Positions 10,022-18,461 of a DNA stretch of 64,000 nucleotides are shown in pieces. How positions within the stretch are numbered: the first letter of the stretch is position 1; every line of letters starts with the position of its first letter. The notes under the pieces were generated by a model. It did no database searches and was not told where the DNA came from. It saw nothing but the letters and a program-made list of their open reading frames with translations. The stretch is taken from IMG/VR virus record IMGVR_UViG_3300044626_000606; one strand, written 5' to 3'. The DNA comes from an uncultured virus (IMG/VR IMGVR_UViG_3300044626_000606). Taxonomy: Duplodnaviria; Heunggongvirae; Uroviricota; Caudoviricetes. The position numbers and the translations under genes are program-made.

Positions 10022-10215
10022 AAACCAAGCCTCATTTCAACTCGACTTTTGGAAGATGGAAAACCGCACCTTACGGAAGGAACCCCAATGAAAGAACCCA
10101 AATGGAGAAAGTGTCTGAAATGTGGAAAGCGTTTTACCGAAGAGTCTCTGCTCTGCTCGGCCTGCGATGCAAAGCCAACAAAAATAAAAAAGCTAAGAGC
10201 CAAAAGAAAAAGTAA

Positions 10216-10809
10216 ATGAGACACGCCGCCGACATCCCAAACCACCAGTATCTATGGGTGGACAAGTCCGTCTTGAGCCGTGGCGAAATCACGGGCTGGG
10301 AAGAGGCGGTGTGGTTTGGGCTCACGTCAGTCCCACATCGGGCTTGGGGCTGCACGCTGATGCTCAAATGTGGTGCGATCTATCGTGGAACTCCGCTGTC
10401 CGCTCTGGCCTTGAACGAGGTTGGCAAGGAGCAAAACTGGACGATCGGGGATGCTCAGAGGTGGGATTGTTTCGGGTATGATTTCCAGCCGATCCGTTAC
10501 GCCTATCTTCGGGAACTGGATTGCAATGTCTGGCTGGCCAAGCGTGGTCACTGGATGCGTGGGCATTACTTGTTCACAGCGGAGCCTTACGAGGATTCGT
10601 ATTCGCTTGAGCCGTCCCAGACCAAAAGCCACCATTTCATCGCACTATGCAACGGAAGAATCACCTGCGTGCCGGGTAACAATGTGATCTGGCGCGAGAG
10701 CAGTTTTACGAAGCCGGACGGGAAGCCTGACTGGTTGAGGGTACAAACCGAGACTTGGCACGCTGAAGAGCCCGGATTCGACCATATAACAACGGAGGAG
10801 TCGGCGTGA
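10216..10809 (+). CDS. Hypothetical phage protein
   Basis: 197-aa Trp-rich ORF coupled to the primase gene. Confidence 0.65.
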   Translation: MRHAADIPNHQYLWVDKSVLSRGEITGWEEAVWFGLTSVPHRAWGCTLMLKCGAIYRGTPLSALALNEVGKEQNWTIGDAQRWDCFGYDFQPIRYAYLRELDCNVWLAKRGHWMRGHYLFTAEPYEDSYSLEPSQTKSHHFIALCNGRITCVPGNNVIWRESSFTKPDGKPDWLRVQTETWHAEEPGFDHITTEESA

Positions 10810-12971
10810 AAACAAATCTATTCAAAATACCAAATCTAAAATCAAGAAATGCGGAGCCCATCAAGCCGTGGGAGACTTCTGTCGTCGTCCCGAGCTTTGG
10901 GGCGAAGGAAGAGTTTCGCCGCTGGTGCGAAGCCGACACGACTGACGGGGTGTTCGTCTCGGCGTTTGAGGGGATCAATCCGCATGTCCGTGTCAGCAAG
11001 TCCAACGATCCGTATCGGATGCACGGGCTGATTGCGGATTACGACACCTCCATATCGGACGAACAGCTGTTGGAAGGTCTGGCTCGTGGGTCGAAGCCGG
11101 GTTTCAAGCCGATGTTTGCCCACAAGACTTTCAGTTCTGGTGCTCGGGTAATCTGGATGTTCGAGGAACCGATTTATGTTTTGCCTGGTGTGCTCAAGGA
11201 ATTTATAGGCCTGCTCGTCAAGGAGACCAAGGCCAAGCAGATCTTCCCAGGGTTGGACGAAGTCGTCACCAAGCCAGACCAGTACTACGCTTGGTTCCCA
11301 GGCGCAGTCAAATTTGCCGACCAGCCCATCCGCACCGAGGCCGTCCACTCCATCCTTTCCGAGGCTGTGCAGAAGGCCAAGCGGTACAACGGCGAGGGTG
11401 CCGTGGAGATCCCGCTGGATCGGGTGTTCCAGAAGTTGCAGGAGACTTTCCCAGGTCGCTGGGTCGGACCGTTTGAGGAGGGGATGCGTGGACCGCTTTT
11501 CTGGGTCGACGACGGGGTGGATCGGACGGGAGCGCAAGTCACCAAGACGGGTATGATCTCGTATTCGACACGAAGCCCGAAAGGCTTTATGTCGTGGGCG
11601 GATCTGTTCGGTGCGGCTTGGGTCAAGGAGTACCAGGAAGATCGTTACGGCGGACCGATGGGTACCTTCTGGTTTGATGGCAAGTTTTACTGGAAGAAGG
11701 ATCTTGAGGGATACTGGCGTAACTCTGGGAAAGACGACACACGCCACGACATCGTCGGGACATTCGGGCTATCCAGCGCACCAGACGCCCGTGGATCTTT
11801 GTCCGAGGCGGACGAATCGATGCGCCGTATCCGTGAGTCTCGTGTTATCCAAGGAGCAATGCCAGCATTGTTCGATCCCCGTGACATCACGGTCCAGGAC
11901 GGAAAGCGGATGCTCAACATCTCCCGCACCAAAATCATCCAGCCAGCCGATGGCAAGCACGAGTGGGGGCAGGATTTCCCTTGGCTGGCCAAGTTCTTCG
12001 ATACCGCAGTCGATCCGCACGAATCGTTGCCGTTCCTCCTTGGCTGGCTCAAGCACTTCTACTGCTCGGCTTTGAAGGGCGTGCTTCGTCCAGGGCAAGC
12101 CGTCTTCATCGCCGGCAATGTGGGATTGGGCAAGACCTTCTTTGGAACGGAGATCGTGGCCAAGCTGATGGGCGGAGGAGCCAACGCCTCCGACTACCTC
12201 GTCCACGGGTCGCAGTTCAACGCCGAGCTATTCGAGGTGGCGGTCTGGAATGTCGATGACGCAAGCTCGGCTGACTCCGCTGAAGCCCATCGCCACTACA
12301 GTCGAATGATCAAGCAGGGCGTGGCCAACACCCGCCACGCTTACCACAGGAAGTTCCTCGACCAGGTCACCCTTGATTGGCGTGGCCGCATCATCCAGAC
12401 GCTCAACGACGACCCCGAATCCGTGCAGGCCGTTCCCCATACCGACGGCAGTATTCTGGACAAGATCAGCCTGTTCAAGTTCAAGAGCCACGAGATGTTC
12501 CGCAAGATTGACCGGGACGAGATTCCCGCAATGCTGGCAAGGGAACTGCCTCACTTCGCCGCTTGGCTTCGGGATTGGGTTGTGCCTGAACATGTGGTCG
12601 GTGATGAAAGGTACGGTGTCAAATCCTACCACCATCCCTTGCTGCTGGCCGAATCCAAGGCATCCTCCAGCGTGCACAGCTTCCTGGAGTTCCTTGAGGT
12701 GTTCCTGTTTCAGTATAAACACGATCACCCGACAAGCACTCACTGGAAGGGATCTGCGATCGAGCTTCTCTTGGCCTTCCAGAACGACGCCAAGCTGTCG
12801 ACGAGCATGCGGATGTTCGTCCCCAACTCCAGGGCTCTGGGCAGGATGCTGGCCAGCCTATCGGCAATGGAGGGCTCCAGGGTCAAGCGTCTACTTCTGC
12901 TCAACGGGATAACCCAATGGAAGATCGAGTTACCCAAGGACAAACCCTTGACAGAGTCAGAACACGATTAG
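10806..12971 (+). CDS. Primase-helicase (N-terminal primase-like domain, C-terminal SF3/DUF5906-like ATPase)
   Basis: IADYD and TFSSGARVIW in the N-terminus; Walker A GNVGLGKT, FNAEL and VDD in the C-terminus. Confidence 0.8.
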   Translation: MKTNLFKIPNLKSRNAEPIKPWETSVVVPSFGAKEEFRRWCEADTTDGVFVSAFEGINPHVRVSKSNDPYRMHGLIADYDTSISDEQLLEGLARGSKPGFKPMFAHKTFSSGARVIWMFEEPIYVLPGVLKEFIGLLVKETKAKQIFPGLDEVVTKPDQYYAWFPGAVKFADQPIRTEAVHSILSEAVQKAKRYNGEGAVEIPLDRVFQKLQETFPGRWVGPFEEGMRGPLFWVDDGVDRTGAQVTKTGMISYSTRSPKGFMSWADLFGAAWVKEYQEDRYGGPMGTFWFDGKFYWKKDLEGYWRNSGKDDTRHDIVGTFGLSSAPDARGSLSEADESMRRIRESRVIQGAMPALFDPRDITVQDGKRMLNISRTKIIQPADGKHEWGQDFPWLAKFFDTAVDPHESLPFLLGWLKHFYCSALKGVLRPGQAVFIAGNVGLGKTFFGTEIVAKLMGGGANASDYLVHGSQFNAELFEVAVWNVDDASSADSAEAHRHYSRMIKQGVANTRHAYHRKFLDQVTLDWRGRIIQTLNDDPESVQAVPHTDGSILDKISLFKFKSHEMFRKIDRDEIPAMLARELPHFAAWLRDWVVPEHVVGDERYGVKSYHHPLLLAESKASSSVHSFLEFLEVFLFQYKHDHPTSTHWKGSAIELLLAFQNDAKLSTSMRMFVPNSRALGRMLASLSAMEGSRVKRLLLLNGITQWKIELPKDKPLTESEHD

Positions 12972-12974
12972 ACT
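12948..12974 (+). promoter_or_regulatory. Promoter TTGACA-N15-TAGACT, ATG 7 nt downstream
   Basis: Read directly from sequence. Confidence 0.55.
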
Positions 12975-12981
12975 TGGAGCT

Positions 12982-13314
12982 ATGAGTTATCAGCCAAACA
13001 GCAACGACAACGAGAACCAGTCACTCCGCAAGATCAACGCAATTTCCCACGAAACGCAGTATGACATTGAAGAACTCAACCGCCAGTCGATGGGGTTGAG
13101 GGGTGCTGTGGTTCTCAGCGGAGCAGGCTCCCTGCCGACGGGAACCTATGTCTCGCTTCAGTTCCTAAATGAGACCGTGATCACCTCCATCACAGCCGCC
13201 GAGATCGTCAACGCCTCCTCGCTCCACACCACGATCAAGGAAGGCAACGCCATTTTCGGAACGATCACCGGGCTGACCATTTCTTCCGGTCTAGTTATCG
13301 CCTACAAAGCGTAA
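12982..13314 (+). CDS. Putative capsid decoration/spike-base protein
   Basis: Small beta-rich protein ending TISSGLVIAYKA; N-terminal motif shared with the 1292-2596 protein. Confidence 0.45.
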   Translation: MSYQPNSNDNENQSLRKINAISHETQYDIEELNRQSMGLRGAVVLSGAGSLPTGTYVSLQFLNETVITSITAAEIVNASSLHTTIKEGNAIFGTITGLTISSGLVIAYKA

Positions 13315-13326
13315 GGGAGTCCTTCA

Positions 13327-13719
13327 ATGAGAAGGATCCGAAGGTTCCTCAGACTCGGGGCTTCCCGACTTGTTTTACTGCGGATGTTCCTTGTTCGGGC
13401 GTTTGGCTCGGGGTCGGGCTATGGCGTGGCCAATCTTGCCCCATTGGTCGTAACCCTCACGGGATACACGCCGGGAGGAGCCCAGCTAAAGGCTGGTTCT
13501 AGTTTTACCATTTCGGCCGCTAGGTCTCCTTTTGCGGCTTCGACCATCACGGCCTCGGCCACAAATGTGGGTGCAACGCTGTCCCTAACCAAGAACTCCG
13601 ATGGGTTGTGGACGGTTGTGGGGCTTGCGGTCGGGTCTTCCATTGTCACCATAACGCAACCAGGCGGTAACGGATTCTCGGCGGACGCGGTCAGTTTTGG
13701 CGTTATCGTCTCGAACTAA
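13327..13719 (+). CDS. Putative Ig-like virion accessory protein
   Basis: Basic N-terminus followed by G/S/T/V-rich beta strands (GSSIVTITQPGG). Confidence 0.45.
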   Translation: MRRIRRFLRLGASRLVLLRMFLVRAFGSGSGYGVANLAPLVVTLTGYTPGGAQLKAGSSFTISAARSPFAASTITASATNVGATLSLTKNSDGLWTVVGLAVGSSIVTITQPGGNGFSADAVSFGVIVSN

Positions 13720-13728
13720 ACCCTGGCC

Positions 13729-14535
13729 GTGAAGGCCTATCTAAGCTACTCCACAAACGGGTATCACGGCATCAACAATGTGTCTGGGATGGTGCGGGAC
13801 TGCACCTACATCGCAGTCAGACTGGCCAAGCAGTGGTTTGAGGAGGTGGTGCTGGTTGCCGACGAATCTGGGGCTAGGGCAATGGCCGACATCCCATTCG
13901 ACAGGGTTGAAACGGCGTTGGAAGGGAAAATCCCAAGATACCTGGAAAAGGTATGGAGCCTGCCAAAGATAGAAGCTTACCTGCATATCGCCAAAAAAGG
14001 TGATCCTTTCGTCCACATAGACGGAGATGTGTTTCTTTGGGGAGCCCTACCAGAAAGGTTGCTAAAGGCGGAAGTATTCGCCCAAAGCATAGAGCCAAAG
14101 GCGCATATTCTTTACGGGGTCGATACATTCCTAAAGGCCTGCCCAAACCCAGGTGAAATCAAAAACTACCGACAACCCCACGCCTACAACACTGGTCTCT
14201 TTGGCGGCTCGAACCTTGCTCTGATATGTGAATACGCAGAGGAAGCTTTGGGTATAATCAAGAATACCCACAACGAGGGATACTGGAAGAACGTGTCTTG
14301 GGCTGACGCCTGGAAGGCTGCGGTAATACCAGAGCAGTACTGCCTAGCATCCATATTGGGCAAGCGTGGAGCCAATATAGAGCTATTGACCGACAAGCCT
14401 TGGCCTACTGACGAACAGATGAAGGGGGTGCCGTACTCACACCTTATGGGTAGGAAACAGGAGCCAGAGATACAGAAACAGGTACGGGAACTGGTTAAGC
14501 TATTCAAATCTCAACCCTCGACTAGCCAACCCTAG
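13729..14535 (+). CDS. Glycosyltransferase-like protein (DUF6734-like, GT-A DxD)
   Basis: Motifs WSLPKI, FVHIDGDVFLW, YNTGLFGG, EQY, YSHL. Confidence 0.6.
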   Translation: MKAYLSYSTNGYHGINNVSGMVRDCTYIAVRLAKQWFEEVVLVADESGARAMADIPFDRVETALEGKIPRYLEKVWSLPKIEAYLHIAKKGDPFVHIDGDVFLWGALPERLLKAEVFAQSIEPKAHILYGVDTFLKACPNPGEIKNYRQPHAYNTGLFGGSNLALICEYAEEALGIIKNTHNEGYWKNVSWADAWKAAVIPEQYCLASILGKRGANIELLTDKPWPTDEQMKGVPYSHLMGRKQEPEIQKQVRELVKLFKSQPSTSQP

Positions 14536-14829
14536 GTGGCTATCCCACCAGCCTAGAGTTAACCACTTTTTCACAAGTCGTTGGATCAACGAGGGTTGCT
14601 ACGCAAAAAGTGGGATAGGGGGTGAGAACGGGCGATTTCAAACCCATTATCTATATAAAATATTTTTTTACGGCGTAAATTATTTTTTCCAGACGCTCCG
14701 ACTTATATATAATACACTTAATCCACTTATTTAATATAAGTATATATAGTATAAGGAGTTAAGGTCAGTGGGTTAGGGTTAGTGGGTTTGTTGATGGTGG
14801 TTTGTCCCCACTTGTTATTGTAGTGGCAA
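14536..14829. other. Putative replication origin
   Basis: Non-coding gap between convergent units near the primase gene; AT-rich core at 14640-14760; repeated CCAC(TT) and (A)GTGG(G) motifs in both orientations. Confidence 0.5.
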
Positions 14830-14985
14830 CTACTTGCGTAAACTTTTGACCTTTTCCGCCAGCAAATGTACCCATTTCTTGGCAGAATTAAATCCTACAA
14901 TTCCGATAGGGATTATCAGATTTGTAAGAAACACGGCTATACAGAGGCCTAGTATGGCCGACAGCTGATTGGCTAGGCTCTCCAT
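14830..14985 (-). CDS. Small membrane protein (51 aa)
   Basis: Manual translation MESLANQLSAILGLCIAVFLTNLIIPIGIVGF...KSLRK. Confidence 0.5.
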   Translation of the reverse strand: MESLANQLSAILGLCIAVFLTNLIIPIGIVGFNSAKKWVHLLAEKVKSLRK

Positions 14986-14986
14986 A

Positions 14987-15121
14987 TCACTCAGCCCTAT
15001 CGTCTACCCTATCCCCGTCCTTGTCTTGGAAGTCCAGAGGATCCCTGGAGATTACGATGTGCGCGTCTAGGAAACCCTCGACGGCAAGTTGTTCTTGTAT
15101 CTTTTTTGTGTGTTCGTCCAT
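14987..15121 (-). CDS. Small acidic protein (44 aa)
   Basis: MDEHTKK...QDKDGDRVDDRAE, with a DxDGDxxxD Ca-binding-like motif; preceded by a 15-bp-spacer promoter. Confidence 0.5.
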   Translation of the reverse strand: MDEHTKKIQEQLAVEGFLDAHIVISRDPLDFQDKDGDRVDDRAE

Positions 15122-15127
15122 CCCCTA

Positions 15128-15154
15128 ATCCTGGGATGGGTTGAAGAGTGTCAA
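15128..15154 (-). promoter_or_regulatory. Promoter TTGACA-N15-CAGGAT, ATG 6 nt downstream
   Basis: Read directly from sequence. Confidence 0.45.
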
Positions 15155-15303
15155 TCCCTGCGACCGCCAAGACCACGCTTCGACATCGCCTGAAACTTCT
15201 TTTTGCCGTACTTCTTGCGGCCAATCCAGGCGGCCAGTGCTTTCGGGTTCTCGGCTCCCTTTGCCGCTAGGCTTCGGGTCAGCTTTTCAAAACCCATCTT
15301 CAT
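15151..15303 (-). CDS. Small basic protein (50 aa)
   Basis: MKMGFEKLTRSLAAKGAENPKALAAWIGRKKYGKKKFQAMSKRGLGGRRD; coupled to the upstream stop codon. Confidence 0.7.
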   Translation of the reverse strand: MKMGFEKLTRSLAAKGAENPKALAAWIGRKKYGKKKFQAMSKRGLGGRRD

Positions 15304-15458
15304 CACATTTTATTCGATTTGCCAGCCGCAGATAGGGCGATCGCAATGATCTGCTTCTTCGAGCGCGGCTTTCCGCCAGCACCACGGGCTTTGCCCTTCT
15401 TTTTGTTATCCGCCATAAGCTCGCGGATATTTGCGCTTACGTTTCTACCAAGAGGCAT
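15303..15458 (-). CDS. Small basic protein (51 aa)
   Basis: MPLGRNVSANIRELMADNKKKGKARGAGGKPRSKKQIIAIALSAAGKSNKM. Confidence 0.7.
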   Translation of the reverse strand: MPLGRNVSANIRELMADNKKKGKARGAGGKPRSKKQIIAIALSAAGKSNKM

Positions 15459-15488
15459 ATGTGGATCCTATTCCGACCTAACCTTCCG

Positions 15489-15722
15489 TCAAGCCCGTCC
15501 ACCCAGCCCACGACGACCCTGCCAGCTTATGCGAGCGGGACCCTTCTTTTTCCTGGCAGCCGAGTTGCACATTGCCTTGGTCGGACGGCAGGCGGGATAG
15601 CTTCCTTTGCTTGCGTCCTTGCGACCACACGGGCCACCCGTCTTGCAGTTGATCCAGCCCTTACCCTTGTTGCGCTTGAACCATCCGTGAAGCCCGTACT
15701 TCTTTTCCAATTCAAAAGCCAT
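15489..15722 (-). CDS. Small basic Cys-containing protein
   Basis: WF...W.NC...CGR...YPACRP; ends RRGLGGRA. Confidence 0.7.
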   Translation of the reverse strand: MAFELEKKYGLHGWFKRNKGKGWINCKTGGPCGRKDASKGSYPACRPTKAMCNSAARKKKGPARISWQGRRGLGGRA

Positions 15723-15871
15723 TATTTGTTACCCCAATTTTTTGCGCCGACCTTGCGGCACTTGACCAATGCGCCGGACGCATAGGCCGAAGGCCAAACC
15801 TTGTAGCGGGATTTGACCTTGTTGTAGCAAGCGTCCTTCGGCTTGGTTTTCTTTTGTCTTCCTAGGGGCAT
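15722..15871 (-). CDS. Small basic protein (49 aa)
   Basis: MPLGRQKKTKPKDACYNKVKSRYKVWPSAYASGALVKCRKVGAKNWGNK; stop/start overlaps on both sides. Confidence 0.7.
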   Translation of the reverse strand: MPLGRQKKTKPKDACYNKVKSRYKVWPSAYASGALVKCRKVGAKNWGNK

Positions 15872-16116
15872 CAGTATCTCCAGGAGTTGTTGTCACGGCC
15901 ACGATTCCTGCTCCGCTCCATAACCCTCAAATTTCCATTTGAGTTGTTTCGTGGATTGCCGTCTTTGTGGTCGATGTCTTTCCCGTCACCCTTGCGAACC
16001 CGACCCATCCGCATGGCTCTGCGCCTTGCCGTGTTCCTAGCCGCTCTGTCTTTCTTCGCTTGCGAAGAACTGTGGTACCGGCGGTACTCCATAGCGTAGT
16101 CACGTCCAAGAGGCAT
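15871..16116 (-). CDS. Small basic HNH-like protein
   Basis: MPLGRDY..EY; KGDGKDIDHKDGNPRNN...NLRV...NR. Confidence 0.75.
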   Translation of the reverse strand: MPLGRDYAMEYRRYHSSSQAKKDRAARNTARRRAMRMGRVRKGDGKDIDHKDGNPRNNSNGNLRVMERSRNRGRDNNSWRY

Positions 16117-16123
16117 AGACAGA

Positions 16124-16150
16124 ATTGTAACCGAACGGGGCGTTTGTCCA
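16124..16150 (-). promoter_or_regulatory. Promoter TGGACA-N15-TACAAT, ATG 7 nt downstream
   Basis: Read directly from sequence. Confidence 0.55.
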
Positions 16151-16274
16151 GAGGGTGCGAAAAATAAAAAAAATTTTTTAATGTCGCCTCACGCAATACT
16201 TAGTAATTATAAAGGGGGTATATACTGGGGAGGGGTGGTGGGTAAATCTATATCTTATCTTTAATCCAGGGTTC

Positions 16275-16296
16275 AAAAAAGCCTTCGGCTTTTTTG
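16275..16296. terminator. Short bidirectional terminator-like hairpin
   Basis: AAAAAAGCC-TTC-GGCTTTTTT (CTTCGG core), with U-tracts in both directions. Confidence 0.5.
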
Positions 16297-16399
16297 CGGT
16301 GGGGGTCGGTCGGGTTTTTTCGGTCGGTCGGCGTTGGGTTTTTGGAACGGCGGAACGATAGTTCTGCTGAACCATAACCTTAACTTGGAGGTATTGAAT

Positions 16400-16699
16400 A
16401 TGAAAGCACTAACTAACCTAATCAAATCACTGACTGGAAACTGGGGAACCATCGCCTTTAAGGATGGTGACAAAGACTATGTGGCCTTTGTCTTCAGTGG
16501 TGATTACCTTCGGGGTAATAGTTCAACTGGTGACACTGGTTGGACAAACCTCACTCCGTTCAGCCTCTCCAAAGCTGGACAGATGGTCACTGCTGGAGAT
16601 CGTAAGTTCTTTGTGAGGATCGGTATCTCGATCCCTCCGAAGAGCCAAGCTCCTTCCAAACCGCAGAAGGTCGGAACCTTCACCGAATCCTTGGTCTAA
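16400..16699 (+). CDS. Early hypothetical protein
   Basis: GGAGGT RBS; followed by a terminator. Confidence 0.65.
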   Translation: MKALTNLIKSLTGNWGTIAFKDGDKDYVAFVFSGDYLRGNSSTGDTGWTNLTPFSLSKAGQMVTAGDRKFFVRIGISIPPKSQAPSKPQKVGTFTESLV

Positions 16700-16713
16700 A
16701 GGATTCCATCACC

Positions 16714-16756
16714 GAAGCACCGAGGGGTTCAATCCCCCTCGGTGTTTCTTTTTTTT
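16714..16756 (+). terminator. Rho-independent terminator
   Basis: CACCGAGGGG-TTCAATC-CCCCTCGGTG followed by a long T-tract. Confidence 0.8.
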
Positions 16757-16778
16757 AACCTTTAACTCCTGGAGGTAT

Positions 16779-17132
16779 ATGAATAACACCCTACGACTAC
16801 AACTGATTGATGCTGGGTTTGCTGACCGAACCATCAACAACTCGCTGGTGGCTGGTTGCAAACCTTCGCCTACTCTGTCGGCTTGCTACCAAACCGAACT
16901 CTACGCCGATCGCAAGACTATCTGGGGGTTGAAGAAGAAAGCTATTAAAGCTAGGGATTTCGCTAGCCCCTATATCCGAGTATCCAAATCGAGGATCCTC
17001 GCTGCTATGGCCTTTGAGGAGCGATTTCAGGCCATCAGGAAAGCTGATCGTGACCTCTCCAAGGGTTCTCGTAGCCCTCGGCAACCCAAGGAAACTACTC
17101 GGAAGGGGGACTGGAATGAATCTCTTTGCTGA
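16779..17132 (+). CDS. Early hypothetical protein
   Basis: GGAGGT RBS. Confidence 0.6.
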   Translation: MNNTLRLQLIDAGFADRTINNSLVAGCKPSPTLSACYQTELYADRKTIWGLKKKAIKARDFASPYIRVSKSRILAAMAFEERFQAIRKADRDLSKGSRSPRQPKETTRKGDWNESLC

Positions 17133-17631
17133 TTTGTCGCACAATAGGCATTGTCTTCAACTCGGAAGCAACTCCTTGAACTTCAACGACATCCGTATTT
17201 TCAGTTGGAACTTGTTGAAGCACAGCGATATTCACAATATTTCCTTTTCCACCCGACGACTGATCCGTAAGGCCAAGTGCTGGTCTCGCAACCTTGTCAA
17301 TTTTGCCCAAAGCATCGAAGTGCCTATCGACTTCTTTGACATCGGACGGCGGTTGAGCTTCGAGGACATCAAGTCCACGATCAACTTGCTTTACTACCCT
17401 TTCAAGATACGACGAGGCTTTTGTAGCCAGCGTTTGTATGGTTTTCTGTGCTTCTTTGTCAGCTATTGCACTCTCCATTGCAAGGCGTTTGTCCTTCCAA
17501 CCCATCCTACGAATACGAGCTTCCAGAGTAGATTGTTTGATTTTGTAGGTGGATGCAATGTGAGTGACCCTCATACCCTTAAGATATTCGAGCTCAATGA
17601 CTTTCCAGTCTATGCCCAAGTCCTTCGGCAT
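17095..17631 (-). CDS. Putative terminase small subunit
   Basis: From ATG 17631: N-terminal HTH IDWKVIELEYLKG...IASTYKI...LEARIRRMGW, then a helical coiled coil and a flexible tail. Confidence 0.65.
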   Translation of the reverse strand: MPKDLGIDWKVIELEYLKGMRVTHIASTYKIKQSTLEARIRRMGWKDKRLAMESAIADKEAQKTIQTLATKASSYLERVVKQVDRGLDVLEAQPPSDVKEVDRHFDALGKIDKVARPALGLTDQSSGGKGNIVNIAVLQQVPTENTDVVEVQGVASELKTMPIVRQISKEIHSSPPSE

Positions 17632-17670
17632 AACTGACTTGATAGCAGAAGGACATAAGGAGTCAATAAA

Positions 17671-17961
17671 ATGCCTACGCCAACCAAAGGATACAACCAA
17701 CTCGGTCAATGGAGAGACAACCCTAACCTTCGTTCTACGCTGAACAAGGTTGCAACGAAACACCATTGGATCGTCCTCCGAAACGGACGACCAGTGTCGA
17801 ACCTTCGACATTACACCATCGGTGATTGTCGGCAGGAGTTTCTCCATTGGGCTAGGATTGTCTCAACCTTCCCCGATGGAAGCAAGCTGGGATTGATGGC
17901 GGCTGATGGGACTTATGTTCCCGTCAACTTCAGCATCCCCCACCCCGCCTACAACATCTAA
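17671..17961 (+). CDS. Early hypothetical protein
   Basis: AAGGAG RBS. Confidence 0.55.
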   Translation: MPTPTKGYNQLGQWRDNPNLRSTLNKVATKHHWIVLRNGRPVSNLRHYTIGDCRQEFLHWARIVSTFPDGSKLGLMAADGTYVPVNFSIPHPAYNI

Positions 17962-18184
17962 CCATAGGAGGAACCTTCGATGTATGACTTCATCCGAAAC
18001 TACTTCTACTTCATCTCTGGAGTGCTGGTTGGTATGGCACTCTACTCAATCGTGGAGGTTCTATGTTCGCAGTAATCTACAAAGGCAGAGTCATCCAGGA
18101 GTTCAAGACGAGGAACCTTGCCTTCCGCTACCTCATCCGTAGCGGTTGGGAATGGGACGACGAGGCAACCATTCGGAGGTTGCC

Positions 18185-18442
18185 GTGATTGATCCTTGTC
18201 CAAGGTGTCACGAGCCAGTTGAGAAAGCCAGACGAGACCTCGATCTGGTTTACTGCTTGGCTTGTGCAACCTCAACCCCTACGCCCCGCTACAAAGGGGC
18301 GATGGTCTACGCACATAAGACTGGCGGATCCATCCAGTTGATGGCTCCCGAAACTTACAGCGAATTGAGGCGTTATTCACGGAGGGTTGGACAGCGTTCC
18401 ACCCTTCGCAATGTCCTCTACGCATCTGGCAGAAGCGTTTAA
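18185..18442 (+). CDS. DksA/TraR-type C4 zinc-finger protein
   Basis: CPRCHEPVEKARR...YCLAC; GTG start after GGAGGT. Confidence 0.65.
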   Translation: MIDPCPRCHEPVEKARRDLDLVYCLACATSTPTPRYKGAMVYAHKTGGSIQLMAPETYSELRRYSRRVGQRSTLRNVLYASGRSV

Positions 18443-18461
18443 CCGAAAGGAGATACTTGTT

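Noticed and set aside
14767..14790. GGTTAGGGTTAG, resembling a telomere repeat
   Set aside because: Fewer than two full units; better explained as part of the AGTGGGTT iterons in the origin-like region.
16718..16744. GGTTCAATCCC, resembling a tRNA T-arm
   Set aside because: No D-arm, anticodon arm or acceptor stem; it is a simple hairpin with a U-tract.
17632..17847. 72-aa N-terminal extension of the TerS ORF
   Set aside because: Overlaps a + strand gene with a good RBS; the HTH begins right after ATG 17631.
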